Positions 39,814-53,400 of a DNA stretch of 64,000 nucleotides are shown piece by piece; positions within the stretch are counted from its first letter, which is position 1; each line of letters begins with the position of its first letter. The translations under genes were made by a program, and so were the position numbers. The notes under the pieces were generated by a model. It saw only the letters and a list, made by a program, of their open reading frames with translations. It was not told the origin of the DNA and searched no databases. Origin of the DNA: Blasia pusilla (lineage: Eukaryota); assembly GCA_050084515.1 (NCBI GenBank), contig CM114271.1:40052001-40116000 (forward strand), given 5' to 3'.

Positions 39814-42800
39814 AAAGCACCAGAGCAAGATCTTAGCAATACTGTCATGCGCATATACATCGCTACACAACATACATCATTGTCATCGGACACACACACA
39901 AACACACACGATCCCATGCTAACTCATGGCATCCATACACAGAGGCGAGAAGTACCAAAATATCTCCAATTAAAGTAAGATCCAATCTCTCTCTACACCA
40001 TCTCACACCATAGCTCTCAAAGGTCTGCACTCTCTCTCATGTCAAACCAAACCTACTCTCCCAATGAGAGGCTTGGGTTACACTCACAAGGCAAGGGATC
40101 AAAGCTCTGCCGCCTTATGCCAAGAGGTTCAACAAAGAAAGAATGAGCTCTCAAGCTCTCTCTCTTGGAGGTATACCCCCTTCCCTCTCCCAAGCCCTCT
40201 CAACGGTAACCTATGCTCGCACTTCACCTCCTTGGCTCTTGACCTATTGAAGCGGGTCAAGGGCCACTTCCAAAAGTAGAAATTCAACTATCCCCAATAT
40301 GGAAACTTACCCACAATAGTAAGTTTCTCTATATGGCTCCAAATGAGCCGAAACGAAGGGAAAACCTGCTCTCTCAGGCTTCTCGGGTCCTCAACAGGTC
40401 ATCCTCGACCTCCTGGGCGTGTCCTCCACTACTCGTGCAGACACTCTGCTAGATCCCACTGATCTATCCTAACAGTCGTGACAACTATTGTGCGCATACA
40501 CATCGTTGTCATTTAACACACACAGAAACACACACGATCCCATGCTAACTCATGGCATCCATACACAAAGGCGAGAAGTACGAAAATATCTCCAATCGCC
40601 CCCCTAGGTGATGGTTAGGTCTCTCTAACTCCAGATAGCCATCTATCCCTACCTACCACGACATACATCTTTAGGACGCTAAGCGCAGAAAGGCCGCGTG
40701 CTGATGTGGCCCCATCGTTAGTCGCCTTCATATCATCCATGTCACAGAAAAAGTCGGAATCGAAACCTCCGTAGTATCTCCTCTATGTACATCTAGGACA
40801 CATCCATCGTCCCCGAGGAACCCTTATGAGAGGTGGCGTCAGACATGCCATATGCCAACCTCTCGAACATCCATCACACACTAGCATCGTGGCCGTACCA
40901 AGAGCAGAACCACACAAATACAACGCAAGCGTGCAGGAACTAATGCTGAACTCGGATCTACTGTACCATCAATGTTAGGAAGGTGACATGGCGCATAATT
41001 ACGCACATGGTCCTTCCATACCATACCATCACGTCCCTCTAGCAAGAGAACACCGGATGGCAAAACGTCACACACTCTCAGGATAGTGCGCCCTGCAGTC
41101 ATATCCAACGTCGTCGTTATTGTCTGCTGCAAGTAGACATAATCTCCTTGATGAAACCTCCGGATAGTTGGTCGATAACCACCACCCCAAATAGTCGCAT
41201 ACCTTAACGTATCCTTATGCTACGCAATCGCCTAGTTCTCGAATGCCATGGGCATCACTCTCCGAAATAACTCAGCCCTCTGAGAACATGCTCGCATCCA
41301 TACATCTTGGTCATCAAGGTCCTGCACCTCACCAAAATCTCAATAAATGGCCGTAGATAAATCTTGATCTCGGCCATAAAGTAGCAAGTACGGTGAAAAA
41401 GATGCTAAGGATGCCTACATGTTGAATCTGTATCCCATAGCCAACCACGGCAACTTGAGGTCCCAATCTCCTAGGTGACCTCTCTGCAAGCCATTCTTGC
41501 GTAAACCCCTCTTCACCGTCTGCACAACTCTCTCTCCGCTAATCCATCCGCCTCAGGATGATCTCGCGAAGTCGTGCGGTGGTCGATCAACGCATGATCA
41601 CGCAAGGCTTGGAACTCACCGCAAAACTTGGTACCGTGGTCCTTTCAACACCTCAGCCGGTGCGCCATAATGACTCAGCACTCTGTGAAGGAAGGAATAA
41701 GCTACTCCCTCACTCGCTTTGTCAGGAAATGCAACCAACTCGATCCATTTCGAGAAGTGCTCGACCATCACCAACACATAACGACTGTGACGCTCCGTCA
41801 AAGGCAAAGGTCCTGCAAAATCCATACTCCATCTTTACCCTAGGCCGATGATCGGTAATGGATGCAACTGTGGAGTCGGAGCATTGAACGATGCTCGGAC
41901 CTTATCACACACCATGCACTTGGCAACAAACTGTTGAACGTTAGTCTGCATGCCTCACCACCAATACTAAATCTGGAGCAAGCTGTACGTCCGCTTCACC
42001 CCAAAGTGACCCAACTCCTTGTGGGCATGCTGCACTAGTCGTGCTCTCTGCAAAGGATGTGGCACAACGCATACTCTACCATCCTCCCAAACCCTCAAAA
42101 CATGTGTCCCCTCCCAACGGAACCGTCTGACCCGCTGTAGGATCCAATCCTGCTCTCTAGCACCCACGATGCTCGCAACGCTTCTAGTACGAAGGTACTT
42201 CAAGATTACTCCATCATCATGAATATCTCGGCCACCTGTCGTCTCCTCACTAGCCTCGAGATCCAAGGACTCTCCACTAGACCTCGCCATCAAAGTCTCC
42301 ACACTCTGGCTCTCCATAGCCTACATGCCTAAATAGGTTGACGCGTGCCATCTTGGCAGTGACTCCTCATCACTCTCTCCATGCCATCGAGCTCTAGTCG
42401 CATCTTGCTGACTCGCGCATGGGTTACAACTCAACCCATCTGCATCCTGGTTGAGCATCCCAGGTCTATGTACCACCATAAAATCATACTCCCTGCGACA
42501 ACAGAGCCCATCTCGCAAGCTTGCATGTAAGCTTGTCGGACTCCATCAACCACTTCAGTGGTTGATGATCAGTGATGATGGTAAAGGGGTTGCTGAATAA
42601 GTAACCTAAAATGCGCGATGACCCACACAGGAGCCAAGCACTCACCCTCATACAAGCTGTACTTCATCCCTGCAGCGTTTTTTGAGCAGCTAGCGTTAGC
42701 CACCACAAACTCTCTACCCTCATCATCATGTTGGGTGCGTACCGCTCGAAGCCCCAACATGCTCCAATCTGTATGCATTTGGAAAGGACGCCCCCTGCTC

Positions 42801-44229
42801 GGTCTCCTCAAGATGGGCACGGACATCACCCTATCCTTGAGCAACTCAAATGCTTGCTCCTGCTCATCCCCCCGGTTCCACTCGTGATCCACCTTGGTCA
42901 GCAAGGTTAGCGGCTTTGCAATCAAAGTGAATCCCTTGACGTACCGCCAATAGAAGTTTGCCAATCCCATGAATGCGCGAACACGACTCACATCTGTAGG
43001 GCGTGGAATGGGTGAGATAGCCTCTACCTTTTTTTGATGAACACCAAGGCCCCCTGGGTATATCGTATGACCCAAGTACTCAATCTGGTCGTAGAAGAAC
43101 TTGGACTTGCCTAGATGTAGCTTTAGCCCATATAATTGCAATCGTGAAAACACCTTCTCTAGATGTTGCTCATGCTCCTCAACCGTGGCACTAAAGACTA
43201 CGATGTCATCAATATAACACCTAGCAAAATCCAAACCAGCCAAGATCCCATCCATGATCATGTGAAACTCAGCCGGAGCGTTCTTTAACCCAAATGGTAA
43301 GAACTGCCACTGGTACAAACAATCCTTCCCGTGAGGATTGATGCCCCAAAATGTTGTCTTCTGCGTGTCCTCAAATGTGATAGGCAGCAAATGATATCTG
43401 GCTCGCAAATCCAATGAACTGAAGACCTTGCGTGACCAATCGCATCAAAGATCTTCTCAGGGGTGGGCATGGCATACCTATCGGACTTTGTCTGCCGATT
43501 GATAGGTCGGTTATCCCCACACATCCGCCTATCCGTCCAGTTGCCATGCACATCCTTCTTGGCAGGCATGACATTGGCAGATGCGTACTCCTCATGCGAC
43601 ATCTCCACTAGTCGTGCTCCGACCAAGTCCTAACTCCTACTTTGAATCAGAGCCCTCTCCATATCACTGTACATGTAGGGTTGTTGGGAGATCGACGTAT
43701 CACTGGACAACTCAATGTGAATCCCCGGTCCCTTCATCGTACGCAAATCCTCCATGCTAAACGCAAAGCAACTCCTATAACTCCTGAGGAACTGATGTAT
43801 CCGGCGCCGCTCTCCTCCTGTCAACTTAGGGCCCATATCTGGCTCCCAAGTCTCCATCGTGACTACAGTAGGACTCTCCGACGCGGGTATCAATGGTTGT
43901 TATGGTGCAACCTCGTCTCGAACAACAACACTCGACTGCTCTTCTGCAACCAGCTTCAAACTCTGATCTCCTCCACGTGGAGTGTTTGGAACCACGCTCA
44001 ATGCTATGGCTATCATCTCATAGAGTACTTGCAAAACATCCCAAGAAGTCAAAGGGTGTCTCTCCCGATCTCCCCTCGTGTGTAGATCTCCTAGTGGAGG
44101 CAATGGCAAGGGTCTCGGCCCTTGCCACTGCCTCCAGTGTCTCAGTATGCATGGGGCTCACCAACGCAACCGCTGTGATCTGTCGCGATCTCATACGACA
44201 CTACTCAGCCACTCCCAAGATGAGGATCC

Positions 44230-45135
44230 ATGTCAAGCAATTCAAGTCCATCGCGTGACCCACGACATGGCGTCGTGATGCCTCTAACATTGACGGTACT
44301 GCCGTCACTCCAGTGGGAAATCCCATCGCTCGCTCTCTCTCGTCGGCGTTGGGCTCCACCAACCGCTGAACCTAGTCATCCCAAACCAAGCTAGGAGCGG
44401 CCTCCTTGTATGCATAGGAAGCGGGAAAACTCACAAACGTGGGCAACGCTGCCCGCGACTGGCTACCCTGTTGACCACAGTCAACAATGGTCGATCATCG
44501 TGCCTCACTGCATGTGATCCATGACGTGGATCCATTATGGAATCCACTAACAAATCGGAGGGGCGCTCCACTCTTGCATATGCCCTCCATAACACGGCAT
44601 GGGGCACCAAGTTGGTCCACCATAGACGCGGGCGATGGGCTTTAGAACCTACACTCGCCGCATCCAAGAACACTGTTGGTCTGATCCAGGCACGCACATG
44701 AAGAGCATTCATCACCATTTGTGACATGGAGTCTCCTAAGATTGGCACATTCTCCATAATTTAGGTTGGAGAACGAGACCGGTGTTCCTGCAACTGTCGT
44801 AAGACCCTCAACATCTTCCAAAACAACCTGGACCGAGTGTTAGCTAACCCGCTGCCTTGTCTAGCACTCGATTGGCATGACATGGCCAACTGGCCATGAC
44901 CAAATCAATGGTCCCTACCCGCTCTAAGTCCTACGCCCCCAACAACAAAATATCCCTCGGTAGGGAACTCTGGTACCCTGTACCTTGTAAACGTAGGCGT
45001 TACTGCGCCACATATCGTAGTGAGATGCGCCTCACAACATCATCACTCTCCACATACAGGTAATGCTGCACTTGCTCTCATGCCTGCAAAATAGCAGCTA
45101 ACCCGATGGTAATCCCTCCAAAGAGATCTAACACT
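44230..45135 (-). pseudogene. Retrotransposon-borne C5 cytosine methyltransferase domain (copy 1)
   Basis: LDLFGGI (motif I), YLYVE, IDLVMASWPC (motif IV), ENV (motif VI), HRPRLWWTN (motif VIII), ERERAMGFP (motif IX), across frameshifts. Confidence 0.85.
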
Positions 45136-48100
45136 CGAATATCCTCCTCCAGGATACGCCACACAATGGATGTGGTATCCAAGGGTGTCATCGTAGCGCT
45201 CCCTACTACCTCAGATTCCAGAGACCCGTCACGTTATGATGCAAACGCCTCGCTCCACGTGCTCTGCACTTGCTCATCTGCCAATCGTCGAAGCTCCTCA
45301 GTCGAACCCCACAACTACACCTCTCCTCCACAGAATGATGCGGCTATCATAACACTCCTCTCCATAGAAGTGTCAGGAACGGGAGTATCCTCTCCATGGA
45401 CATGTCCCTCAATCAAATCAGTAGGCCAGATGATGGCACTGCTAAATGTTGCTAAGGTCGCCACCTCTCCTCGCCGTCGCTCAATCACTGCACCTGTGAA
45501 TTGAGCGGGTAATGAGCTAAGGCGCGTATCACCTGACTGCCATCCTGGTTTGTAGGACGCTGACTCCTCCCAATAATCCAGAGAAAACCCCATCGAGTAT
45601 AACATTGCTCCACCAACCAAGGAGTCATAGGTCATCACTCACTATTGCCTTGGCTCACACCACGGACTCATCTGTAGGATGTCCCGGGCGAACTCTCACC
45701 ACGACCTCCTATCGGGTGATATACTGTGTGGTACTTGCTCCACCCAAGGATGTGTGTATCGTGAATGGACAACCGTCTACATCGGCTCTCGTCAAGCCCA
45801 ATCCTCTGAATAACGCTTTCCCCAACATCAAACGTTGTGCTCCTGAATCCAACAAGACGCGCTGCGGACTAAAAGCTCTACCTCGGGGACTCACCAACTG
45901 GGAGACCTCTCCTCGGTTATCCAGCAACACAACACCAAGAGAAGCCATGGCACGCTCTATCGCGGGTCTAGCGGACATCTCTGCCATCCTAGAAGCTGCA
46001 GCTTGCCATGAATCTGACGTGGACGGCCCGTGCATCCGCTCCAAGGGCAGGTCCATCACCTCCTCTGCAATCACCTCTAAACGTGATGCAGGAACTCAAA
46101 CTCCATGCTCACATAGTGAAGCGGCCAGCCGAAAAGCCTCGGCAGGCATACCCCCAACGTCATAACATCAAAAGCAGAAAATAAAGGAGTGCGGTACACA
46201 ATGGTGGCCACCCCCAACAACGTGCTCGACACATGCCCCTCCTGAGCATCAAAAATAGGAGTCGTCGCCCTCGCTTCTCCCATTGCCCTCCGTGCCTACA
46301 CACCAACAACATCACCAACTCTCGAGGAACTTTGATGAGGACCCATCGATGGGGTCCTCATCGCTTCAGACAACGTGAAAGACTGAGGAAGCCTAGTCTA
46401 TTTTCTGGCTTCCCTTTGTTGTGGATCCAACTCTACCGCTGCTCCACGCATCATAATTGTGGAGGCCTCCATCTGGGCAACCCCACACATCCAACCAAGA
46501 TTCTCCATATCTCTGGCTGCTCCATATGATGTGGATGCCACGGATCCGGCAATGGGTAACCTCAATGCCATAGCGGCAATCTGCTCCTATAGCTGCTGTA
46601 TCTAAGCAACCATCCCAACCTCACATCTGGGATCTCCCTCGGCACGTATAGGTGGTGGTACTCTGCCTCCTCCACGGGCAACTTTACCACCCTGTCGGGA
46701 AACTCTAGCTCCTCGTCCCCCAACAGGACCAGCTGGTGCACGATCTCTAGGCCCACCCGGATCGGCTACTCGCTCTGGTTCCCTCTCTGGCCCTCGGTCC
46801 GGACGTAACTCATGATGTAAACTGAATCACCTGGCGCGTGTATGATCATACCTTTGACAATAGTCACACTGATAACCTCCTGGTGTAGCACCATCTCCTC
46901 CTCCATGCTGAGGCACACGTCCATAACCTTGACGAGTGCAATCGCGTTGATGATGGACTCCACCACATGACCACCAAGTAATAGTAGGCAACTTCTGGTG
47001 AGCCGCATATGAAGGCGCTGGTCTCTATGGCACAGCCTCCTAGTATCCTCCTTAAGCTCGTGGTGCCACATTCGACCTATCTCGGAGTCCACGTTGCTGC
47101 ACAGATGGTGCAGCCAATTGGGACTGCTCTCGCCCAAAATCCATGGTAGCTACGCTCTCCTCCACCATCTTGCGCTCAATGTTCTCGGCGGTCCTAAAAT
47201 TATCTCTCAATGTAGGGGAGGTGTTCATAAGAATCACCCCTCCCGCACCCGTGTCCGTAGGGTCTGGTCCAACATCGTGTACCATGACTGGATAGCCCGA
47301 GCCTCTGTCACCCCTTGAGTGACGTTGATCAATCGGCGCAAGCAAGTGTAAGCCTCACGTAAACTCTCACCTGGGCGCCTCTGGAAGTCATAGATGCTCC
47401 GCAACTTCTCCGTCTATACCCCGTGGTAGCTCGCCCTCAACTCAAGAAAGAACTCAACCATAGGGTTGAACTAGGGACGAACCCGACTAGACGGTGCAAC
47501 TGCTCCAATGCGAGTGACCCCTCCTAAAATGTCACTAGTGGAAGAGGAAGTAGCCTCTCTTGAGGCCTCCTCCTCATCTGGGAATGGCCTTGTCCATGAC
47601 ACATAATGTGGGTCATAGTAGAGCCTCCACCCTCGATCTCACGTGCATATCTCTGAGAGAACTCATGGTAATCGTCGATGGGCGCCCCCTCTAAATTCTG
47701 GAAAATACGGTTCCATGTTGTAAACGGGTTGAACTCTCTAGAATTCTTGGCCCGCTAGGAGTCGCACCAACTCCTAAACTCTGCAATGAAATCGTGCAAC
47801 TCAATCGTGCCTACTACGCCTGAAAACCTACGGGGTCCTCTACCCTGGTCGTCCATCTCGTACGCCCAACTAGTAGGACCACTCACAATGTGTGGCGATG
47901 TGCTAACAAACTTCTCTATACCCTCCCCCTTATCTGAAGATGACATAAAAGGAGGTCTAGGTGGTCCCTTACATAGAGACCCTCGGAACCTCGCACCACT
48001 CCGCGTAAACACTCTAGAGCTACTCTCACGTCCACTACCTTGCCTCTCAAAATCCTTATAGGACGTCGTGATGGCCCTCGTGCCCTTCTCAAAAGATATT

Positions 48101-49544
48101 TCTCAATCTTGCGAGTAATCCCTCAATCACTCAAACTAAACATGCGGCACTCAATCTATACTCTCTCACTGAGACGTGTGTTGTGCCGCAACAAGCAGCG
48201 TGGTGCGGCAAATCACTGGTCTATCGTCTCATCGACAAACCATCCTCAACTTTGGACATCCCACACAGGTCTATGTCCCCTAAGCCCATACATCATCAAT
48301 GCTCCTAGCATCAGCACGAAACAAAATATCCCAAATAACTTCCCAATATCCGGAAATCCATCACATGTGTAGGGTAAGAGACCAGAATGGGTAACCTGAC
48401 AATAATGTCGATGGTGTTCATTGGCAACTACAAATATCGACCCCTACTCGGTCTTCAAGACAACTCCTCCAATCAGCAAGTCGTAATCCTCTTATACTAA
48501 CGTAGCTCAAACCTCCTCGATGTGCGGTGCAGGTCGAGCGGTCCAGTGCGGCACTAGCGGCAAGGAACGGCTACAAACGGCACGGCACTCGGGAATGGGG
48601 CGCGATACTCGGAAACATACCCTCCTCAACCAGAAATTCACACGCTCTGCTCCTTAGTGAAGGAGCGGCTCCACGATCAAGATGGTGCGGTGGGGCCACG
48701 AGCGGCATGGCGTAGCAATCGACGGCGTGTTGCGGCTACGGCGTCACGGCACGGTTTTCAATCGTCGTCGAGGGGCTACCAATTACAACATAGCATAATG
48801 AAAGGAAAAATCAAACATCATAACCTGGGATGACTTGCCATCACAGGTTGATGATGAAACTGCGATGAAGGTGGCGGCCAAAACAAAGAACGTGGTGGGG
48901 ACCCAAGTCAGAGAATCAACAAACGTCATGGAAGATCCTCCACTCCATCGGCAATGTCAACCAAAGGGTGGACAAGCGACGGTGGACCGTTGACGATGAC
49001 GATTTACCATTGATGGTGATGATTGACCATCGATTGTGAACCTTTGACGGTTACTATGACTGCGACTGTCGCCGCCGGTGTGGCGGTTGGTTTAGGGTTT
49101 GAACAATTTAACCCTAAAAATCGCCTAGCAATGCCAATTTTGCAAGATTAACCATAACATTTTGCTCGCAACTCCAAATTGCGTATTGTTTGATGCAGAG
49201 CGTGCACAGCTTCACGATCTATAAGAGTGCCAAAAATATTTAGAATGGGACATTCCTGTAAAACTGACGGGGACTGTCGTAAAGCCCAATGTCTCTCTCT
49301 CCTACACAAAATTTGGCAGCGCTTCCGCGCTGATTTCTCCCAACAAAAATATAAAACCTGAAAAAATACAAATCACCAAGCTCGGGAGCACCATATAGCT
49401 TGGTGATTTGTATTTTTACTAGCATGGGGCAACCCACCCCTCAATGCCTATCAGATTAGAGGCAACGCTTCCGCGCGCCCCTCTTCCATATGGAAAATCG
49501 AAAAATGCAAAGAACAATCATAGTAGCCCTTACTCGGGTGAGCA

Positions 49545-49685
<141 letters not shown>

Positions 49686-50499
49686 CGTATACCCCATACC
49701 CTCTCCCAAGCCCTCTCAACGGTAATCTATGATTGCAGGTCACCTCCTTGGATCTTGACCTGGTGTAGCGAGTCAAGAGTCACTTCCCAAAGTGGAAAGT
49801 CAACTATCCCCAACATGGAAACTTACCCAAAATAGTAAGTTTCTCTATATGGCTCCAAATGAGCCGAAACGAAGGGGAAACTTGCTCTCTCAGATTTTCC
49901 GGAGCCCCAACAGGTCATCCTAGACCCCTTGGGCCTGTCTTCCACTACTCATGCATACGCTTTGCTAGATCCCATTGATCTATCCTAACAGTCGTAACAA
50001 TACAAACCAATACTCCCCTTACAAATTGTAGAATTGGTTTTGAAATTGGGTTGAATCTAGAAAAATAATATAAAGTTGTCTGCAAGCATCAAGATGTGTT
50101 GTCGGGAGAGTGTCTTGAAAAATTATGCATGGACGAGTGTCCAAAAATTTGGGTAGAGTTGTTCACACAATGACTTCACATTGGGCGAGACTTTCGTCAC
50201 ACTATCTATAAAGCTCTTGAATAAAATATTGGTGTGGCATGAATGGCATGGATTTTTCCATGAATTTTTCATGGAAAAATGTTGAGAAACAAGCATGTGT
50301 TTGTCTCAACTTACATTTAACAAAACTTATTGTCTTAATGTAAATATTTTTATCCTCGCGGACGCAATCGAGAACTTGCAAGAAGGGTTCAAATAATTTT
50401 GAGCAACTCCTAAAACTATCCATATTTGTAGTCAAGGGATTCTATATGGTCAACTAAAACCCCATATACATGCATACATACACTTGCATACTTTCACAC

Positions 50500-53400
50500 T
50501 TGACTAGTGAAGTTGGTATGGGAATATCTTGGCGGGAAGCAGCTATTGGGTAATGTGTTCTCTTATGCTTCTGCATGGATTCAAATTTTGGCATTGTCTT
50601 CATGTCTCTCGAGTGCTTCAATGGCCAAACGACATTGGAAAGAAGATGAACTACAATCTATGGGAGAGAAAAGTTTGTAATTGGGGATATATAAGCATTA
50701 GAAAAAGAGTCTCATGCACATTTGTACTAGAGCATGACGGGCCAAAGGAACCCGAGGTAGCCAAGAGTGCTACTATGATTCGTTTGGACACCAACTCGAT
50801 TGTGTGGCGCATCCCAAAGGAGGGTATTTGCATGTTGGATCTCTTTGGAGGAATCAACATTGGCTTAGCTGTTGTTTTGCATGCAGGAGTGCGCATCTAG
50901 CAGTAATTGTACGTTGAGATTGATGATGTTGTGAGGCGCGCTTCACTTGACCATGTGTCGTAATTACGCCTTCGATTTCCCGACTTGTTGTTCGCGTCGG
51001 CCGTCCATGGATACTAGAGTTCCCTACCGAGGGACATTTCATTGTTGGGTATGCAAGACTTGGAGCGGGTAGGGACCATAGATTTGGTCATTGCTGGCTG
51101 GCCGTGTAAGGGCTAGTTGAGTGCTAGATGAGGCAGCGGGGTCGGTTGACACTTGATCCATGTTGTTTTGGGAGATATTGTGACACTTGCACAAGCATCA
51201 ATCCCGTTCTCTAGCATCCATTCTGGAGAATGTGCCGATTTTGGGCGATTCGAGGTCCCGCGTGGTGACGAGAGCACATCAGGTGCTCGCATGGATCGGC
51301 CCGGCAATGTTGTTGGATGCGACGAGTGTAGGTTCACGAGCACATCGCTCGCGTGTTTGGTGGACCAACTTGGTGCCACATGAGGTTTTGCAGAGGGCGT
51401 ATGCGAGAGTGGAGCGCCCCTCCTATTTTTTTGTGGATTCTATTCTGGATCCAAATCGTCTATCACAGGAAGTAGGACACGATGATCGACCTCCGTTGAT
51501 TGTGGTCAACAAGATTGGCATACCAAGGGCAACCTTTCCCACATTTGTGAGTTTTCCTGCTTCCTATGCATTCAAGAAGGTCTGACCTGGCTTGGTTTGG
51601 GATGACCAGGTACAGCGATTGGTGCAGCCCAACGTCGATGAGCGAGAGCGAGAGCGAGCGATGGGATTTCCCACATGAGTGATGGCAATAGCGTCACTAT
51701 CAAAGGCATCACAACGTCATGCCTTAGGTCTTGCGATGGACCTAAACTGCTTGACATAGATTTTCAGCTTAGGAGTAGTTGAGCAGTGTCGTTTGAGGTT
51801 GCGGAAAATTACAATTTTTGCATTGGTGAGCCCCATGCCTACCAAGACGGTTGAGGTAATGGCTGGGGGCGAGACCTGAGGAGATTGACAGACCAGGGGT
51901 GATCCAGAGAGACACTCTAGGACTTCTTGGGATGTTTTGCAGGAAAGCCAGGAGATGATAGCCATAACATCGAGTATGGTATCAGGTACTACACATGGAG
52001 ATCAGAGTTTGCAGTTGGCTGTCAGAGAGCAATTGAGTGTTTTTGTCCGAGACGGGGTTGCACCATAGCAACCACCGACATCCGCGTTGGAGAGTCCTAC
52101 CATAGTCACAATGGAGACTTGGGAGCTAGATATGAGTGCTAAGTTGACAAGAGGAGAGCAGCGGCCGGTACACCAGTTCCTTAGGAGTTGTAGGAGTTAT
52201 TTTGCATTTAGCATGCATGATTTGGGTACACTCAAGAGTCCAGGCATCCGCATTGAGTTTTCGAGCAACATATACAATGACATGGAGAGGGCTCTGATTC
52301 AGAGTAGGAGCCAGGACTTGGTTGGAGCATGACTAGAGTATGCATCTGCCACTATCATGCCCGCCAAGAAGGATGTGCATGGTAATTGGATGGATAGGCG
52401 GATGTGTGGAGATTACCGACCTATCAATCGATAGACGAAGTCCGATAGGTATGCCATGCCCACCCCTAAGGAGATCTTTGATGCTATTGGGTATGCAAAG
52501 GTCTTCAGTTCATTGAATCTTAGAGCTGCATACCATGAGTTGCCTATCAGATTGGAGAACAGGCGAAAGATGGCATTTTTGGGCATTGATCTTCATGGGA
52601 AGGATTGCCTATACCGGTGGCGGTTCTTATCATTTGAGTTAAAGAACGCCCCGATTGAGTTTTATTAGAGGGTCATGGATAGGATCTTGGCAGGTCTGGA
52701 TTTTGCTAGGTGTTATATTGATGACATCGTAGTCTTTAGCACCACGGCTAAGGAGCATGAGCGGCATCTAGAGGAGGTGTTTTGACGCTTGCAATTACAT
52801 GGGCTGAAGCTACATCCACGCAAGTGCAAGTTCTTCTATGACCAGATTGAGTATCTGGATCATACGATATACCATGGGGGCCTTGGTGTGCAGCAGAAAA
52901 AGGTAGAGGCTATTTTAGGCATTCCACGCCCTACATATATGATTGGGTTCATGCATTAATGGGATTGGCAAACTTCTATCCACTGTACGTCAATTTGATT
53001 GCGAAGCCCCTAACCTTGCTGACCAAGATGGATCACGAGTGGCACTCGGGTGATGAGAGCATGAGAGAGCATTTTAGCTACTCAAGGACCGATTGACGTC
53101 CGCGCCCGTATTGAGGAGATTGATTAGGGGACGTCCTTTCTTGTTGCATTTTGATTGGAGCATGTTGGAGCTTGGAGTTGTGCTCACCCAACATGACGAT
53201 GAGGGTAGAGAGTTCGTGGTGGCTTACACTAGTCGCTCGAACAACGCTGCAGAGGTAAACTATAGCTCATATGAGGGTGAGTGCTTGGTTGCAGTGTGGG
53301 TTATTGCACATTTTAGGTGTAATCTATTCGGAAACCCCTTTGCCATCACTATTGATCACCAGCCACTTAAGTAATTGATGGAGTCCGACAAGCTTACAGA